In this document: in pieces, positions 36,410-48,183 of the stretch | How positions within the stretch are numbered: the stretch's first letter is position 1 | Layout of the letters: the number at the start of each line of letters is the position of its first letter | Assembly: GCA_043228905.1 (NCBI GenBank) | Contig: JBHGNT010000018.1 | Span: 16,430,001 to 16,494,000 of the forward strand | Length of the DNA: 64,000 nt | Direction of reading: 5' to 3' | Source of the DNA: Azolla caroliniana | Lineage: Eukaryota > Plantae > Polypodiophyta | The notes under the pieces: generated by a model | What the model saw: only the letters and a program-made list of their open reading frames with translations | Database searches by the model: none | What the model was told of the DNA's origin: nothing | Program-made: the position numbers and the translations under genes

Positions 36410-37396
36410 CAGGGCCGGATAATGGGTTCGACGTACAACGTACTGTCCCACGGGCGTGCCATGTGTTACCCGGCCGGCAAGAAGGCTTAAGGATGTCCAG
36501 ACCAAACTGTGAAAGGAATAGTTTATTCAAGAACTGTTGTAATTATTTTATTAATATGGACGGACGGACCGGAATTGGTATGCCGATCCGGATCCGGACT
36601 GATTCCAAATAGGTGCCGGTTAGCACCGGAGACCTATATAAAGGCCCGGTTACAATGTAATTGACCGCGGATAATTAATAGAACTTATTGCCTCGAAGAC
36701 GGCATTCCTTCACGGTGACCTCGAAGAGGAGATCTACATGCAGCAACCGGAAGGATTCGTGGAGAAAGGGAAGGAGCACCTAGTATGCCGATTGAAGAAG
36801 AGCCTGTACGGACTGAAGCAGGCTCCCCCCGACAATGGTACCGGAAGTTCGACTCCTTCATGATCGATCAAGGGTACCACAAGACGCAAGCCGATCACTG
36901 CGTGTTTGTGAAGAAGTTCGAAGGAGGCGACTTCCTGATACTCCTTCTGTACGTGGACGACATGTTGATCGTCGGACGGAACCAAGCCCGAATACGGATG
37001 TTGAAGAAGGCTCTCAACCGAACCTTCGCAATGAAAGACTTGGGTCCGGCAAGACAGATGCTGGGGATGCACATCATCCGGGACCAGTCAAAGAAGCAAT
37101 CGTGGCTGTCATAGGAGAAATACGTGACAAAGGTGCTTCAGTGGTTCAACATGTTAGAAGCGAAACCGGTCGGATCGACACTCCCGGCAAACTGTAGATT
37201 ATCCGGTAAGCAAAGCCCGAAGACGAAAGCAGAGAAGGCTGATATGATGAAGGTTCCATATGCCTCTACCGTCGGGAGCTTAATGTACGCAATGGTGTGT
37301 ACCCGACCGGATATAGGATACGCAATCGGAGTGATGAGCCGGTTTATGAGCAATCCCGACAAGGAGCACTGGAACGCGGTCAAATGGATACTCCGG

Positions 37397-38663
37397 TGTC
37401 GTGTGAACCTTCACACACTATGTAAAAAAATAATGAAATAATTATTATAGATTAGATTAGTAGAGTATTATAGAAAGATGGATATACTCAAGAGCTTCAA
37501 AACGTTTTTTACTATATACAAAATGGAGAAATACATATCAAGTTATGAGAAAATGAAGTTTGATTAGATAGAGAAATTAGAACTATCCCACATAGATAGG
37601 AAAGTTAAGGCCCTGGCTATATAAACACCTTAAGCTCCCTCATTTTTCATTTGTGCTAAGAGCACTTTGGCCACTTTGTCTTAATGGATGATAGTGGCCA
37701 AATTCCCTAAAACCGAAAATTGGCCGGTAAGCAAATCCGGAAAACGGGTCTGGTAATTAAATCCGGAAAACGGGTCCGGTAATTAAATCCGGAAACAGGC
37801 TGGTAAGCAAATCCGGAAACCGGCCGGTATGCAATCTGGAAACCGGCTGGTATGCAATCCGGAAACCGACCGATAAGCAAAACCGGAACCGGAATGGGTA
37901 TGCAAACTGGAAACCGGTCGGCAAGCAAAACCGGAACTGGAACCGGCAAGCAAACCGGAACCGGTCGGCAAGCAAAATGGAACCGGCTACCGGACGATGT
38001 TGGACGCAGACGGACGAAAGATTGGATCATGGAACAAACTAAAGTAAAGTGAAGAGAACTAAAGTAAAGGCCATGTGGACGCAAGCAACTAAAGAAGGGA
38101 GTGCATGGAAAAAGTAAAGGTCATGTGGACAGTCACATGCAACCAAAAGAAAAAGCTAGGCAACTAAAAGTAGAGGCCATGCAACAAAAAGTGAAAAGGC
38201 TATGATCAAGAGAGAACTCCATATTTATTCCATTTTTTTTTCTACACGATACTCTCCATATTATCTAAATTTTTTTTCTTTTGTTGGGGAGAGCTCTCTT
38301 ATCTTATCGAAGCAAAGAACCCTAATCTTCCCTACGGAAGCTAGCTCTCAAGTAAACCATAATCTCCATATGGAAGCAATCTCTCAAAATCCAAAATTCC
38401 TTGTCAAAGCCATATCACTCAAGAATCATAATCTCTTATTTCTTCTAATCTATTATTCTAATCATCTCCATAAGATAAAACTTTTGTAATCCCAATCTTG
38501 GGATTGATTGTAATCTTTCTTTCCCTTTTATTAATGAAAATTTGTTAATCTTTCTCATTTCGGTTAATTCTTAGTATATAAATACACGAATTTGATATCC
38601 TCTAGACAAAGGCCCTGGGGTCTTGCCTCAACGTTCACGTATCCTCGTCGTATTTTCGCGACA
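37397..38663 (+). mobile_element. Solo LTR K with 4-bp TSD CCGG
   Basis: TGTCGTG...CGCGACA termini; the host codons CTC CGG|TAC are restored on removal; internal ACCGG-rich tandem repeats ~37710-37995. Confidence 0.85.
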
Positions 38664-39244
38664 CCGGTACTTGAAGGGCACTTCGAATATGTGTCTCCGA
38701 TTCAGCTCCGGTAAACCTCAACTTGACGGTTTTACCGATTCGGACATGTCGGCTGATGTGGATACCAGTCGGTCTACATCCGGGTATGTAATGACATATG
38801 CAGGGGAAGTTGTTTCGTGGCAGTCGAGGCTGCAGAAGACAGTTGCGTTGTCAACCACGGAGGCGGAGTACATGGTGGTTGTGGAAGTCGGCAAGGAAAT
38901 ATTATGGATGAAGGACTTCATCGGAGAGCTCGGTATCCGACAAGATGAATACCGACTCTATTGCGACAGTCAAAGTGCCATCCACCTTGCTAAGAATGCG
39001 GCCTACCATTCCTGGACGAAGCATATCCAGCGAAGGTATCACTGGATTTGAGAAAGAGTAGATGACCAGGAGTTCGCGTTGACGAAAATCCACACGACTG
39101 AGAACGAGTCAGATATGCTAACCAAAGTACTGATACCCGACAAGTTGGATGCATGTCGAAAGCGGAACTGACTAGTAAGACATCCCATGCCAGAGTGAAG
39201 GGGGAGTTTGTTAGGAAATAGGTCCCTCCGGATGGAAGTAAAAA

Positions 39245-39510
39245 GAACCGGATGACGAGTACCCGGTTACGGAGGACCTGGTGAGAACCGGATGACGAGT
39301 ACCCGGCTACGGAGGACCCAGTGAGAACCGGATGATGAGTACCCGACTAAGACCCGGTGAGAACCGGATGACGAGTACCCGGCAAGAGCCGGATGGTGAA
39401 GACCCGATGAGAACCGGATGTGGAGTACCCGGCTACGGAAGACTCGGTGAGAACCGGATGATGAGTACCCGGCAAGAGCCGGATGGTGCAGACCCGATGA
39501 GGAGTACTCA
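39245..39510 (+). repeat. Tandem ~40-bp repeats (GAACCGGATGACGAGTACCCGG...) in the U3 of J
   Basis: About 6 degenerate copies. Confidence 0.85.
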
Positions 39511-39665
39511 CTGGATGAAGGGACATATTCGTAAATATGTTTCTGAGAGTCCATCGGGGCTATATTTGTAAATAGCCGAAAAGTCATATTAGTATAAATA
39601 TGACTTAGGGCAAACTTTATGAGTTGTTGTCATTCTTGTTGGCGCAAGATTAGAGCGCAACAGTG

Positions 39666-39702
<37 letters not shown>

Positions 39703-42700
39703 GAAGAGTTCGTATCTCTGTTGTAATCGCCGCCTGTGGCAAAGACAGTGAACAAGAGGTCGTTGCCTCTGTGTTCATCTATTGTATATTGTTACATAGT
39801 GATAGTTAGCAGTCAGTGGACTATAGTGGTTTTTTCCCGTGTTTGGGTTTTCCACGTAAACATCCTGTGTACTCTTCTCTCCATTGTGTCGTGCATTCAT
39901 TCCCATTCTCTGTGTTTGATTCTAAGCTTGGTTGTGGCCGAGCGTTGTTCATCGGGAGTGTGTAGTTCCTATCATTCATTACCTTCTTCTCCGACTCCCA
40001 GTCGGCAATGGTCTTGTCTTCCATGAAGACTATGTCCCGACTCTGGAACACCTTTCTGTCGACCAGATCCCACACCCGGTAACCGAACTCATCATCGTCG
40101 TATCCAAGGAATATGCATGGTCGGGACTTCGGATCTAGCTTTTCTCTCTTGTCCTTCGCCACATGCACGTATGCGAGACACCCGAACACCTTCAAATGTC
40201 GGTAAGACACATCCTTACCAGTCCATACTTTCTGTGGTGAGTCTCCGTCCAAGGGTACCGAGGGTGATCTATTTATCACATAGGCCATCGTCGTCAGTGC
40301 CTCAGCCCAAAACGTCTTGGGTAACTTGGCATGTGCTAGCATGCTCCGGACTCTCTCCATTATGGTCCGGTTCATCCTTTCAGCCAATCCGTTTAGTTCC
40401 GGCATCTTCGGCACAGTGAATTCGAGTCGGATTCCCTTCAACCGACAGTACTCCTCAAACTGCCCCCGGTATTCTCCTTCATTATCTGCTCGAACCGATT
40501 TCAACTTCCGACCGGTTTCTCTTTCCACTCTCCCGTGGAGCTCCTTGAAGACAGATAACACTTGGTCCATCATCTTCAACAGTGAGACCCACAGGTTCTG
40601 ACTGTGGTCGTCTATGAACGTCACGAAGTACTGTGATCCAACATGTGACTTCGTGTCGACTTGACACACATTGGTATGCACCAGCTCCAGTGGTGCATTC
40701 CATCTCATCGGTGGTCTTGACCGGAAGGAAGTGCGGTTTTGTTTGCCGGCCAGGCAGTCAGTGCACTTCTCAAGTTGCACGTCCTTCACCGGAATGAGGT
40801 TGTCTTCGGCAAGCCTCTTCATCCCCTTCTCACTCATGTGACACAATCTTTTGTGCCATAGCTCACCGGCAGTGTCGGATGCTATGTTCACTTCTTCCCA
40901 GCATATCCGGGCATTCATCAAGTATAGTGTGTTGACCTTCCGGGCTCGAGCCACTATTAAGCTCCCTTTGTAGAACATCATGACACCGTTCCGGATGCTA
41001 CCTGTGTAGCCTTCATCATCTAGCCGACCAGCTGATATCAGGTTCAGTCGAACCTCCGAAACATGTCAGACATCCTTTAGTAGCAACTTGCATCCGGTTG
41101 ATGTCGTCAACAACACATCTCCTATGCCGATAATTCGGCATGTCCCTTCATTCCCCATCCAGAAACAATCGTGTTCACCGGCTGTGTAGGATGAGAAGCA
41201 TTTCTAGTCCGGGGTAAGATGGAACGACGCTCCGGAATCGACAACCCACGTTGTCTCGTCGACGGCAAGGTTCAACTCGCTCTCCTCGATGATGAGCATT
41301 AGTTCTTCTTCACTTACTGTGATTGCCGTCGTTCCCTTTCGGTCCGAGCCTCGCCGATCCGAACTATTTCGGTCCGGTGACTTCTTCGAATCGGTACTGT
41401 CAGTTCCCTTGTCTTTCCGGAAATGCCAACAGTTCTTCTGGAAGTGCCCCGGCTTGCCGCAATAGAAGCAAGTGGGCCTCCCCCTTGACTTTGACCGTGT
41501 CCCCGACTTTTCCCGGTTCTAGGGACTTCGATTCATTTATCTTCCGCGTTCCAATTCGGTAAGGAGGGCTTTGGCATCGGAGATCACCTCCTTGTCTTTC
41601 CGGCGCACTTCCTCATCTAGCAAGCTCGACTTGACCCTTGCTAGGGATAGTTGTTTTCCTTCCGGCCTGGCGTTGCCCAACGTGACAACTAACGTCTCCC
41701 AGCTATCCAGGAGGGAACTGATCAGGAGTAGAGCAAGTACCTCATTTGCGAGAGGTACTTCCAACAAGGTTGCTTGGTGTATCAGCCCCTGGAAGGCATT
41801 CATCTGCTCCGCCATACTGGAGCCGTCTTGGTACTGGAGCCTCACTAGCTTCCGAAATACCGAAACCCAATTGACTGCATTCTTGTTCTGGAACATGATG
41901 TTGATCTTCTCCTAGAGTTCATGAGCCTTGCTCTCTTCATTGAAGTTGTTGTACAAGCTCATGTCGATGGAGCACCGGATGTATGCCATCATCTTCATGT
42001 GCATCACCTCTCACACCATGGCGTCGATCTTATCCGGTCTCTTGTCCCCGAACTGAACCGGCAACCAAAGATCTTTCACCACCAGCATGTCCCTCATCTT
42101 CAACTTCCACACTGAGTAGTTGGAGCCTTCACACAAAGTTCACGATGCAGGAACTCGGACAAGCCCAACACATATTGGGCATGAGGATAGAGCGAAATCG
42201 GATGATCAAAACTCTCCGACTCTCCCAGTCTGAATACATCCACAAGGTGCTAAAGCGCTTCAACATGGAGAATGCGAAGCCAGCACTGACACCGCTTTCG
42301 ACGTCGATCAGACTATCGGATAGAGACTCTCCTGCAACGGACAAGGAGAGAGAGCTTAATGGAAAGATACCCTACGCATCGGCAGTAGGAAGTATCATGT
42401 ATGCAATGGTGGCGACCCGACCCGACCTAGCCTACGTCGTAGGGGTGGCCAGCCGGTACATGTCAAACCTAGGAAAGAAGCATTGGGAGGTCGTCAAGCA
42501 CATCCTTAGGTATCTAAAAGGAACCACAGATGCATAGCTGACATTCGGTTCAACAACATCAACCGAAGTCGAAGGCTACACCGATTCCGATTATGCCGGA
42601 AACACGGACAATCGGAAATCGACATCAGGCTACATATTCACCTATGGTGGCGGTGCGATATCATGGAGGTCGAAACTTCAAGAGTGCACGGCTCTGTCTA

Positions 42701-43715
42701 CTACAAAAGCCGAGTACATAGCAGCATCGGAAGTAGCGAAAGAAGTGATATGGTTGCACCGACTGACTGTCGATTTCGGAACTACAAGCTGAACCAACCG
42801 ATCAACGCCGACCATCCATTGCAACTCACAAAGCACAATACACCTCATCAACAACCCCGTCTATCATGTGAAGACGAAGCATATTGAGGTGTGGTGTCGT
42901 CATATCCGGGAGATCGTAATTGAGAAGAAGCTCGAAGTCCGGAAGATCGACACCAAGGTGAACATCGCAGATTGCCTGACGAAGCCACTCCCAGATCAAC
43001 GATTCGGAACACTAAGGACAAAGATGGGACTACGACAAGAGACCGAGCAGAAGAAAGCCGAACGAGGAGTAGAAGGTAAGAGTTGATCGATAATCATACC
43101 ATACCTCTGCCAACTCGGCTACTTGCTGATAGACTTGTATAAAATCTAATTAAATTTGTAATCTAGGTTTACGGGGAAGACAACCCCAAAAATTTGTAAT
43201 TCTACAGAAGAGTAGTCCTTTTACAGGGGAGTTTGTTGGCATAAAAGGCCGACTCCTTCCACCTTGTATCCGTCCGAGTGTGAACTCGACAATAAGTTAG
43301 GGCTTATTATATAAGCAAATACCTAACATTGTAATGGATGATGAAGAAAGATGATTGTAATCTCTGAGAGAGAGAGAAAAACGCGTTGTGCAGAAATAAG
43401 AAGCTTTCCATTAAAGCTCGTAACTATGTAAGTCTCAATCTGCCCTTTCTACTTTCTGTTTACGTTGTTTGTTGTTCATAGCCAAATGATCCGAACACAC
43501 ACTTCCGCATAACTAACGATTCATTCACCGACATGATCAGGCTCCCCTTGTAGAACTTCATGAAGCCGTTTCGGATGCTACCCCGTATAGCCTTCATCAT
43601 CCAGACGACCGGTTGATATCAAGTTCAGCACGTTCACTTCGTTTTGGCATAATCGAGCATTCATTATGTACAGTGTGCTGGTTTTCCAGGCTCCCCTTGC
43701 AGAACTTCATGACAT

Positions 43716-44153
43716 TGTTGTTACCGTACGAGATGTATGGAGAGCGAGGGTGGAATGTTATAATGTTGTTTATGTGTATGTGTAAATGTGTAACTATAAT
43801 TGTGAGTGTAAACGTGTGTGCATGTGGATGGATACGAGGAGGTGTGAGTGAGTGATTGGTGTGAATGTCCGAGGGGGCTTGCACCCCTATGTATCTACCC
43901 TTTTGTAACTTTTTAACCCCTTATGGGGAATGAATGAAGGATGAAAGGAACATTTCTCTCTCAATCTTTCTCTCTTGTCATCTCTCTTTCTCTCTCTATT
44001 CCCTTACGTTGAACCCCCTTGGGAGGGGGGTTGGGGCCATTCTAGGCACCACCCCCCACCCCACAATGCTTCTCAACATCTTCATCATCTCCATCCCCAT
44101 CACTACCATATTATCATCATAATCGTTATCCCTAACCTGAAAACCTATTAACA
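43716..44153. mobile_element. Small insertion M (solo LTR or TRIM-like)
   Basis: TGTT...TAACA termini, flanks GACAT/GTCAT, interrupts F coding sequence. Confidence 0.5.
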
Positions 44154-45230
44154 GTCATTCCGGCTGATATCAAGTTCAATTGAACTTCCGGAATGTGGAG
44201 AACATCTCTCAGCACTAGTTTGCACCTTGTCGATGACCTCAAGCACACATCTCCAATGCCAACAATTCAACATGCTCCTTCATTCCCCATTTTTACTAGA
44301 CCGTAGTCTCCGGCCTTGTATGATGAGAAGCACTTTCAGTCGAGGGTTAGGTGAAATGACGCACCCGAATCGACCACCCATGTTGATTCTTCGTCGGCAA
44401 GGTTGACTTCATTTTGTTCACTGATGAACAACAACTCCTCTTCACTCGTGGTGATTGTTGAGGTGTTCTTTCTGTTCGGAATTTTCTCGGCTCTACACCA
44501 TCAGCTCCCCCTTTCTCCTTTCGAAAGTGTCAGCAATTCTTTTGGAAGTGCCCCGACTTCCCATAATAGAAGCACGTGGGCCTTCCCCTTGACTTCGACC
44601 TTGTCCCTGACTTATCTCGATTCTGGGGACTTTGGTTTCAGTCTCTTCCTCGATTCGTGTCACTCCCCGTGACAAGGGCCTTCGGGTCGGTATTGGACTC
44701 TCGGTCCTTCTGGTGAGCTTCCTCATTTAGTAAGCTTGACTTCACCTGCTCTAGGGATAGATGTTTCCCTTCCAATCCCGCGTTGCCCAATGTGACAACC
44801 TGTGTTTCCCATAAGGGATCCCAGCAACAATAGAGCTAATACCTCGTCGGCAAGAGGTACTTCTAGAGAGGTGGTTTGATTCATCAGTCCTTGGAAGGCA
44901 TTAATGTGCTCCACCATGCTGGAGCCATCTTGATACCAAAGTCTCATGATTTTTCTGAAAACTGAGACTCTGTTCACGGCGTTCTTGTTTTCGAACATCA
45001 TGTCAATCTTCTTCTACAGGACATCGCGCTCGTCTCTTCATCAAAATTGTTGTATAGAGTCATGTCTATAAAACACCTTATATATGTTGCTACCTTCAGA
45101 TGCATGACTTCCCAAGTCAATGCATCGATCTTGTCTGGCTTGCTTTTGCCGAACTACACCAACATCCACAGGTCTTTGCACACGAGCATGTCTCTCATCT
45201 TCGACTTCCACATTGAGTAGTTGGAGCCGA

Positions 45231-46132
45231 TGTCATGATGTTTTCGACACATAGTGCGAAATCACCCTCAAAAGAGAATAAAATAGTAGTTCAAATAAAC
45301 TAATGTTGTTAAATCAACTATAGTAATAAATAAATGAAAGGATAAAAAGTTAGAAGTGGTTTTCGAAAGTAGACAAAAATAGAGAAAAAGATAGGAAAAG
45401 AAAAGCCAGCCGTGGATATGAGGAACAAGGTCGAGTAAAAAGCTCGTAATTTCCTCGTCCAATGTCCAAATTAAAAAAGGAAAGATGCATAAGAAAGCTA
45501 ACAGAAATAGCTTTCTAAGAGTAACTTGCATGTCAGATTTGACGTTATGGAACAGAAATAGTGATAAAAAGAAAACTCGACTCATATAGAGAGACTTTTG
45601 GGAAAAAGAAAGAAAGAAAGGAAGCAAGCAATCCTAAACCTATAAATAAGAGCTTATTTTAAGAAGAAGGGGTAGGGGATTTGAAGAAGAAAAGATTTAT
45701 GTTTCCTCTCTCATACACTTATACCCTAAAAGGGGATAGAAAAAAAAACATGTAACAAAATAGATCCATTATAGTGATGATTTAGTAATAAAAAACTTTC
45801 CATGTTTCCTCTCTCATGATCTCTTTCTTTAAACTTTTCTTATGTATAAGTAAAATTAAGTGTAATTCATGCTTGCTTACTCTAAGCCTTCTTACTCATA
45901 AGAATAATTAAGTATTATTCAATCTCGCATAATCTCCTACTCGAAGATTTGCTTATGCATAAATGTAATTAACTATTATTTGATCTCTTATACTACCAAT
46001 TTACTCTTATTAGAGGGAAATCTCTCATCTTTAAGCTTAAAGTGCATTAAGCGTTAAACCCTAAATTCTTTCGGTCCAGAACCTCAGCGGTTCCGCCTCA
46101 CGATCTGCACTTACTAGCGGATTTTCACGGCA
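45231..46132 (+). mobile_element. Solo LTR L (related to K) with 4-bp TSD CCGA/CCGG
   Basis: TGTCATG...CACGGCA; 3' end ATTTTCACGGCA resembles K's ATTTTCGCGACA; removal restores F gag KLTGSNY. Confidence 0.82.
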
Positions 46133-46476
46133 CCGGTAAGCTTGAACATGCTGTCGAACGAGTATTCCATCGCTTTGATACCACTTGTTAGGATCGTCAC
46201 CGGCCACAACCGGTTTCACGTATCCGTGTTTAGGTGCACAGAAACTAAGCAAGGTAATGCTCAGACATAAGAGAACAGAAAAATGAAAAACAAACTTAGA
46301 AAACGAGACACTGATATTTACGTGGAAAACCCGAAAGGGAAAAACCACGGGAGTCCTCAAACTCCGAACTAGATCACTATAATGAGGAGTACAATGAGAA
46401 GCTTCAAGGCAACAACCTTAAGCTCTCCTTTGTCATACTAACAATTGTAGAGTTATTGGCTAACTCTCACTCTCTC

Positions 46477-46934
46477 TGTCAGAACAAAGTAAGAGATTGA
46501 ACGATTGAAGGAAGGTATAAGAGAATAGAAGAAGAGAGGAGAATGGATTGATAAGAGAAGAGTGGGTTTATTAGAATAGAATGAGTACACGGATGAGTTG
46601 GATACAAGGTAGGCTTGGAGCTGAAGACTGGTGTTGATTTGAACTAATTTGATATGATCTATTTGTCTCTATTTATAGGTTTCTATAGAATAGCTTAGAG
46701 ATTTCTAGAATGTTCTAGAATGTTTTGGACCTAGAATATTCTAGAATGTTCTAGAAGATTTCTAGAATGTACTAGAAAGTTCCAGAAGTTTCTCTGATAC
46801 AATAATCACTATGAAAAGTAGTCTTTATTATTTCACGTCCTAATAGGTTACCTTAATGGCTAGGCTTTGAATTTCGTAATATGAAGTCCTAGGTTCAAGT
46901 CCGGGTGAAGCATAATGTTCACGAATTCATGACG
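46477..46934 (-). mobile_element. Chromovirus solo LTR N inside the 5' LTR of F
   Basis: Perfect TSD CTCTC (46472-46476/46935-46939); tRNA-like module 46849-46905; dense HSE array 46702-46792; primer-like AAATTAGTTCAA. Confidence 0.9.
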
Positions 46935-48147
46935 CTCTCACTCACTCACAATTACAGAACCAACTATCTTAGTTGTAACTTTACAACAATGATCAACAAC
47001 TCTAACTTAAAGTTTGCCCTAGTTGTTTATATACTAAAACAACTTTCTGGCTATTTACAAGTATAGCCCACAAGGGGCACATTTGGACTATCTACAAATA
47101 TCGTCCCCCGATTTCGGAAATCGATTTTTGGCCTCGACTGAGCTTGCTCATCAATTTCAGCTCATCCCATCCGAAGGGATCTAGTTTTCCCAACAGGGTC
47201 GAGGTGATCGGAATCGGACGGGTCGAGGAGCATTGGACCAGAGGGGTCATGGGACGCGGGACTAGACCGAACAAGGAGAGCAAGCAGGGGTGAAGATGCT
47301 ATGAGGAGGCAGAAGCAAGAATCGGCGAATGCTGACATTGGGAACCAACCTCAAGTTGAGCTTGAGGGGAAGTGTTGAGCGGACAAACTCAACATGGGTC
47401 GGTCGGTTGGACAAGCCGCAAGCCGGGCCGTATACAATCTGGCCGAATAGGTCCGCTTAGGCTAATAAGCCTACGTTTCGGACTGGGTTCCGGACCGGAT
47501 GCCGAATCAACTAAACAAGCTGGATGTCAGATCCGAATGAAGGGTCCGAACCGGATGACGGAATGGCTGAGTAAGTGGATCCAGAACGTCACTAGCCCAT
47601 ATGCCTATTTTAGTAAATAGGCCTAATATAGGCGAGTTAGTGTTAGATGCTCTTTCAAGAGCATTGAAGTACTTGTCAACCCTGTTAGAGGGCTTGTATA
47701 AAAAGTGCTCTGTGAGCACATTTGTATGTATTGAGTATTATTTTTTTGTAATAGAGGTTTTTGTGTCTACTCACTCAGTCTCTCTACCACTACTACTCAG
47801 TGTTTATCTAACCGTCTGTTTTTTGTTGTTCGTCTGAGTCGGCTGTGTTTGCACATAATGCTTCCGCACACGTAATCTTTGAGATCATAGTCAATCTCCT
47901 ATTTCCAACAAATGTCCAATCAAAGCTCTTGACATCCCCCATCTAATTTAGGAATTGGCTCATGTAAATATAGTAATTCTAGCAACTTATTCCAAATGAA
48001 GGTATAACCTTTCGGAATATGAAATGTTGATCTTGATGTTTGAAAGGCCATTAATCTTCTTTGTGACATCAACATAGCATCCTTGACTATTACCAAACCT
48101 AATCTAACCACTCAATTAAATTGAAGGTTAAGAAGTTGTTTACCTTC

Positions 48148-48183
<36 letters not shown>

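Larger units (their letters stand above)
26950..36693 (+). mobile_element. Non-chromovirus Ty3/gypsy element I with a long extra 3' ORF; 3' LTR truncated
   Basis: 5' LTR 26950-~27386; PBS-like TGGCGACCAC; gag 27441; protease VIDRGSGVNVI; RT FLDD (29982-31163); RNase H VDASD; integrase WGLDF...NGLAE; GPY; 3' LTR 36464-36693. Confidence 0.9.
36694..39974 (+). mobile_element. 5'-truncated Ty1/copia element J (RT/RNase H plus 3' LTR 39209-39974)
   Basis: [12 protein letters not shown]...YVDD...KWILR|YLKG split by K; PPT GAAGGGGGAG; LTR TGTTAGG...CCTATCA related to the H and F LTRs. Confidence 0.88.
24900..42128 (-). mobile_element. Ty1/copia element H (3' LTR ~24900-25449, RT/RNase H 25460-26949, integrase/protease/gag 39975-42128; 5' LTR missing)
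   Basis: PPT AAGGGGGAG. RT YKARIVVKG...FVDD. Integrase ORF 39821-40981 (WHKRLCH..CTDC, NGLAERMNRT). Protease WVVDSGASFH. Assigning both halves to one element is inference. Confidence 0.75.
16728..43533 (+). mobile_element. Ty1/copia element G nested in F
   Basis: 300-bp LTRs 16728-17027 and 43234-43533; perfect TSD TGATC; PBS TGGTATTAGAG; gag from 17130; protease WLLDCSATFHM; GAG-pre-integrase WHGRLGH...CEHC; integrase continues at 24398-24893; RT/RNase H at 42129-43086. Confidence 0.93.
14878..47195 (-). mobile_element. Ty1/copia element F, inflated to 32.3 kb by nested insertions
   Basis: LTRs 14878-15415 and 46186-47195 (the latter split by N). Perfect TSD GGGTC (14873-14877/47196-47200). 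tRNA-iMet-type PBS TGGTATCAAAGC at 46172-46183. PPT AAGGGGGAG next to 15416. RT (YVDD) and RNase H at 15426-16710; gag/protease at 43539-46170. Confidence 0.93.
14654..47910 (+). mobile_element. Outer LTR-like remnant X (14654-14877 joined to 47201-47910), split by copia F
   Basis: The two flanks join across the GGGTC TSD. Begins (T)GTTGGAG and ends TTTCCAACA; TATA-like and CTTCCGC motifs near the 3' end. Confidence 0.5.

Noticed and set aside
39245-39510. CRISPR-like array (also 37710-37995)
   Set aside because: No unique spacers, degenerate tandem units inside LTRs, eukaryotic context, no cas genes
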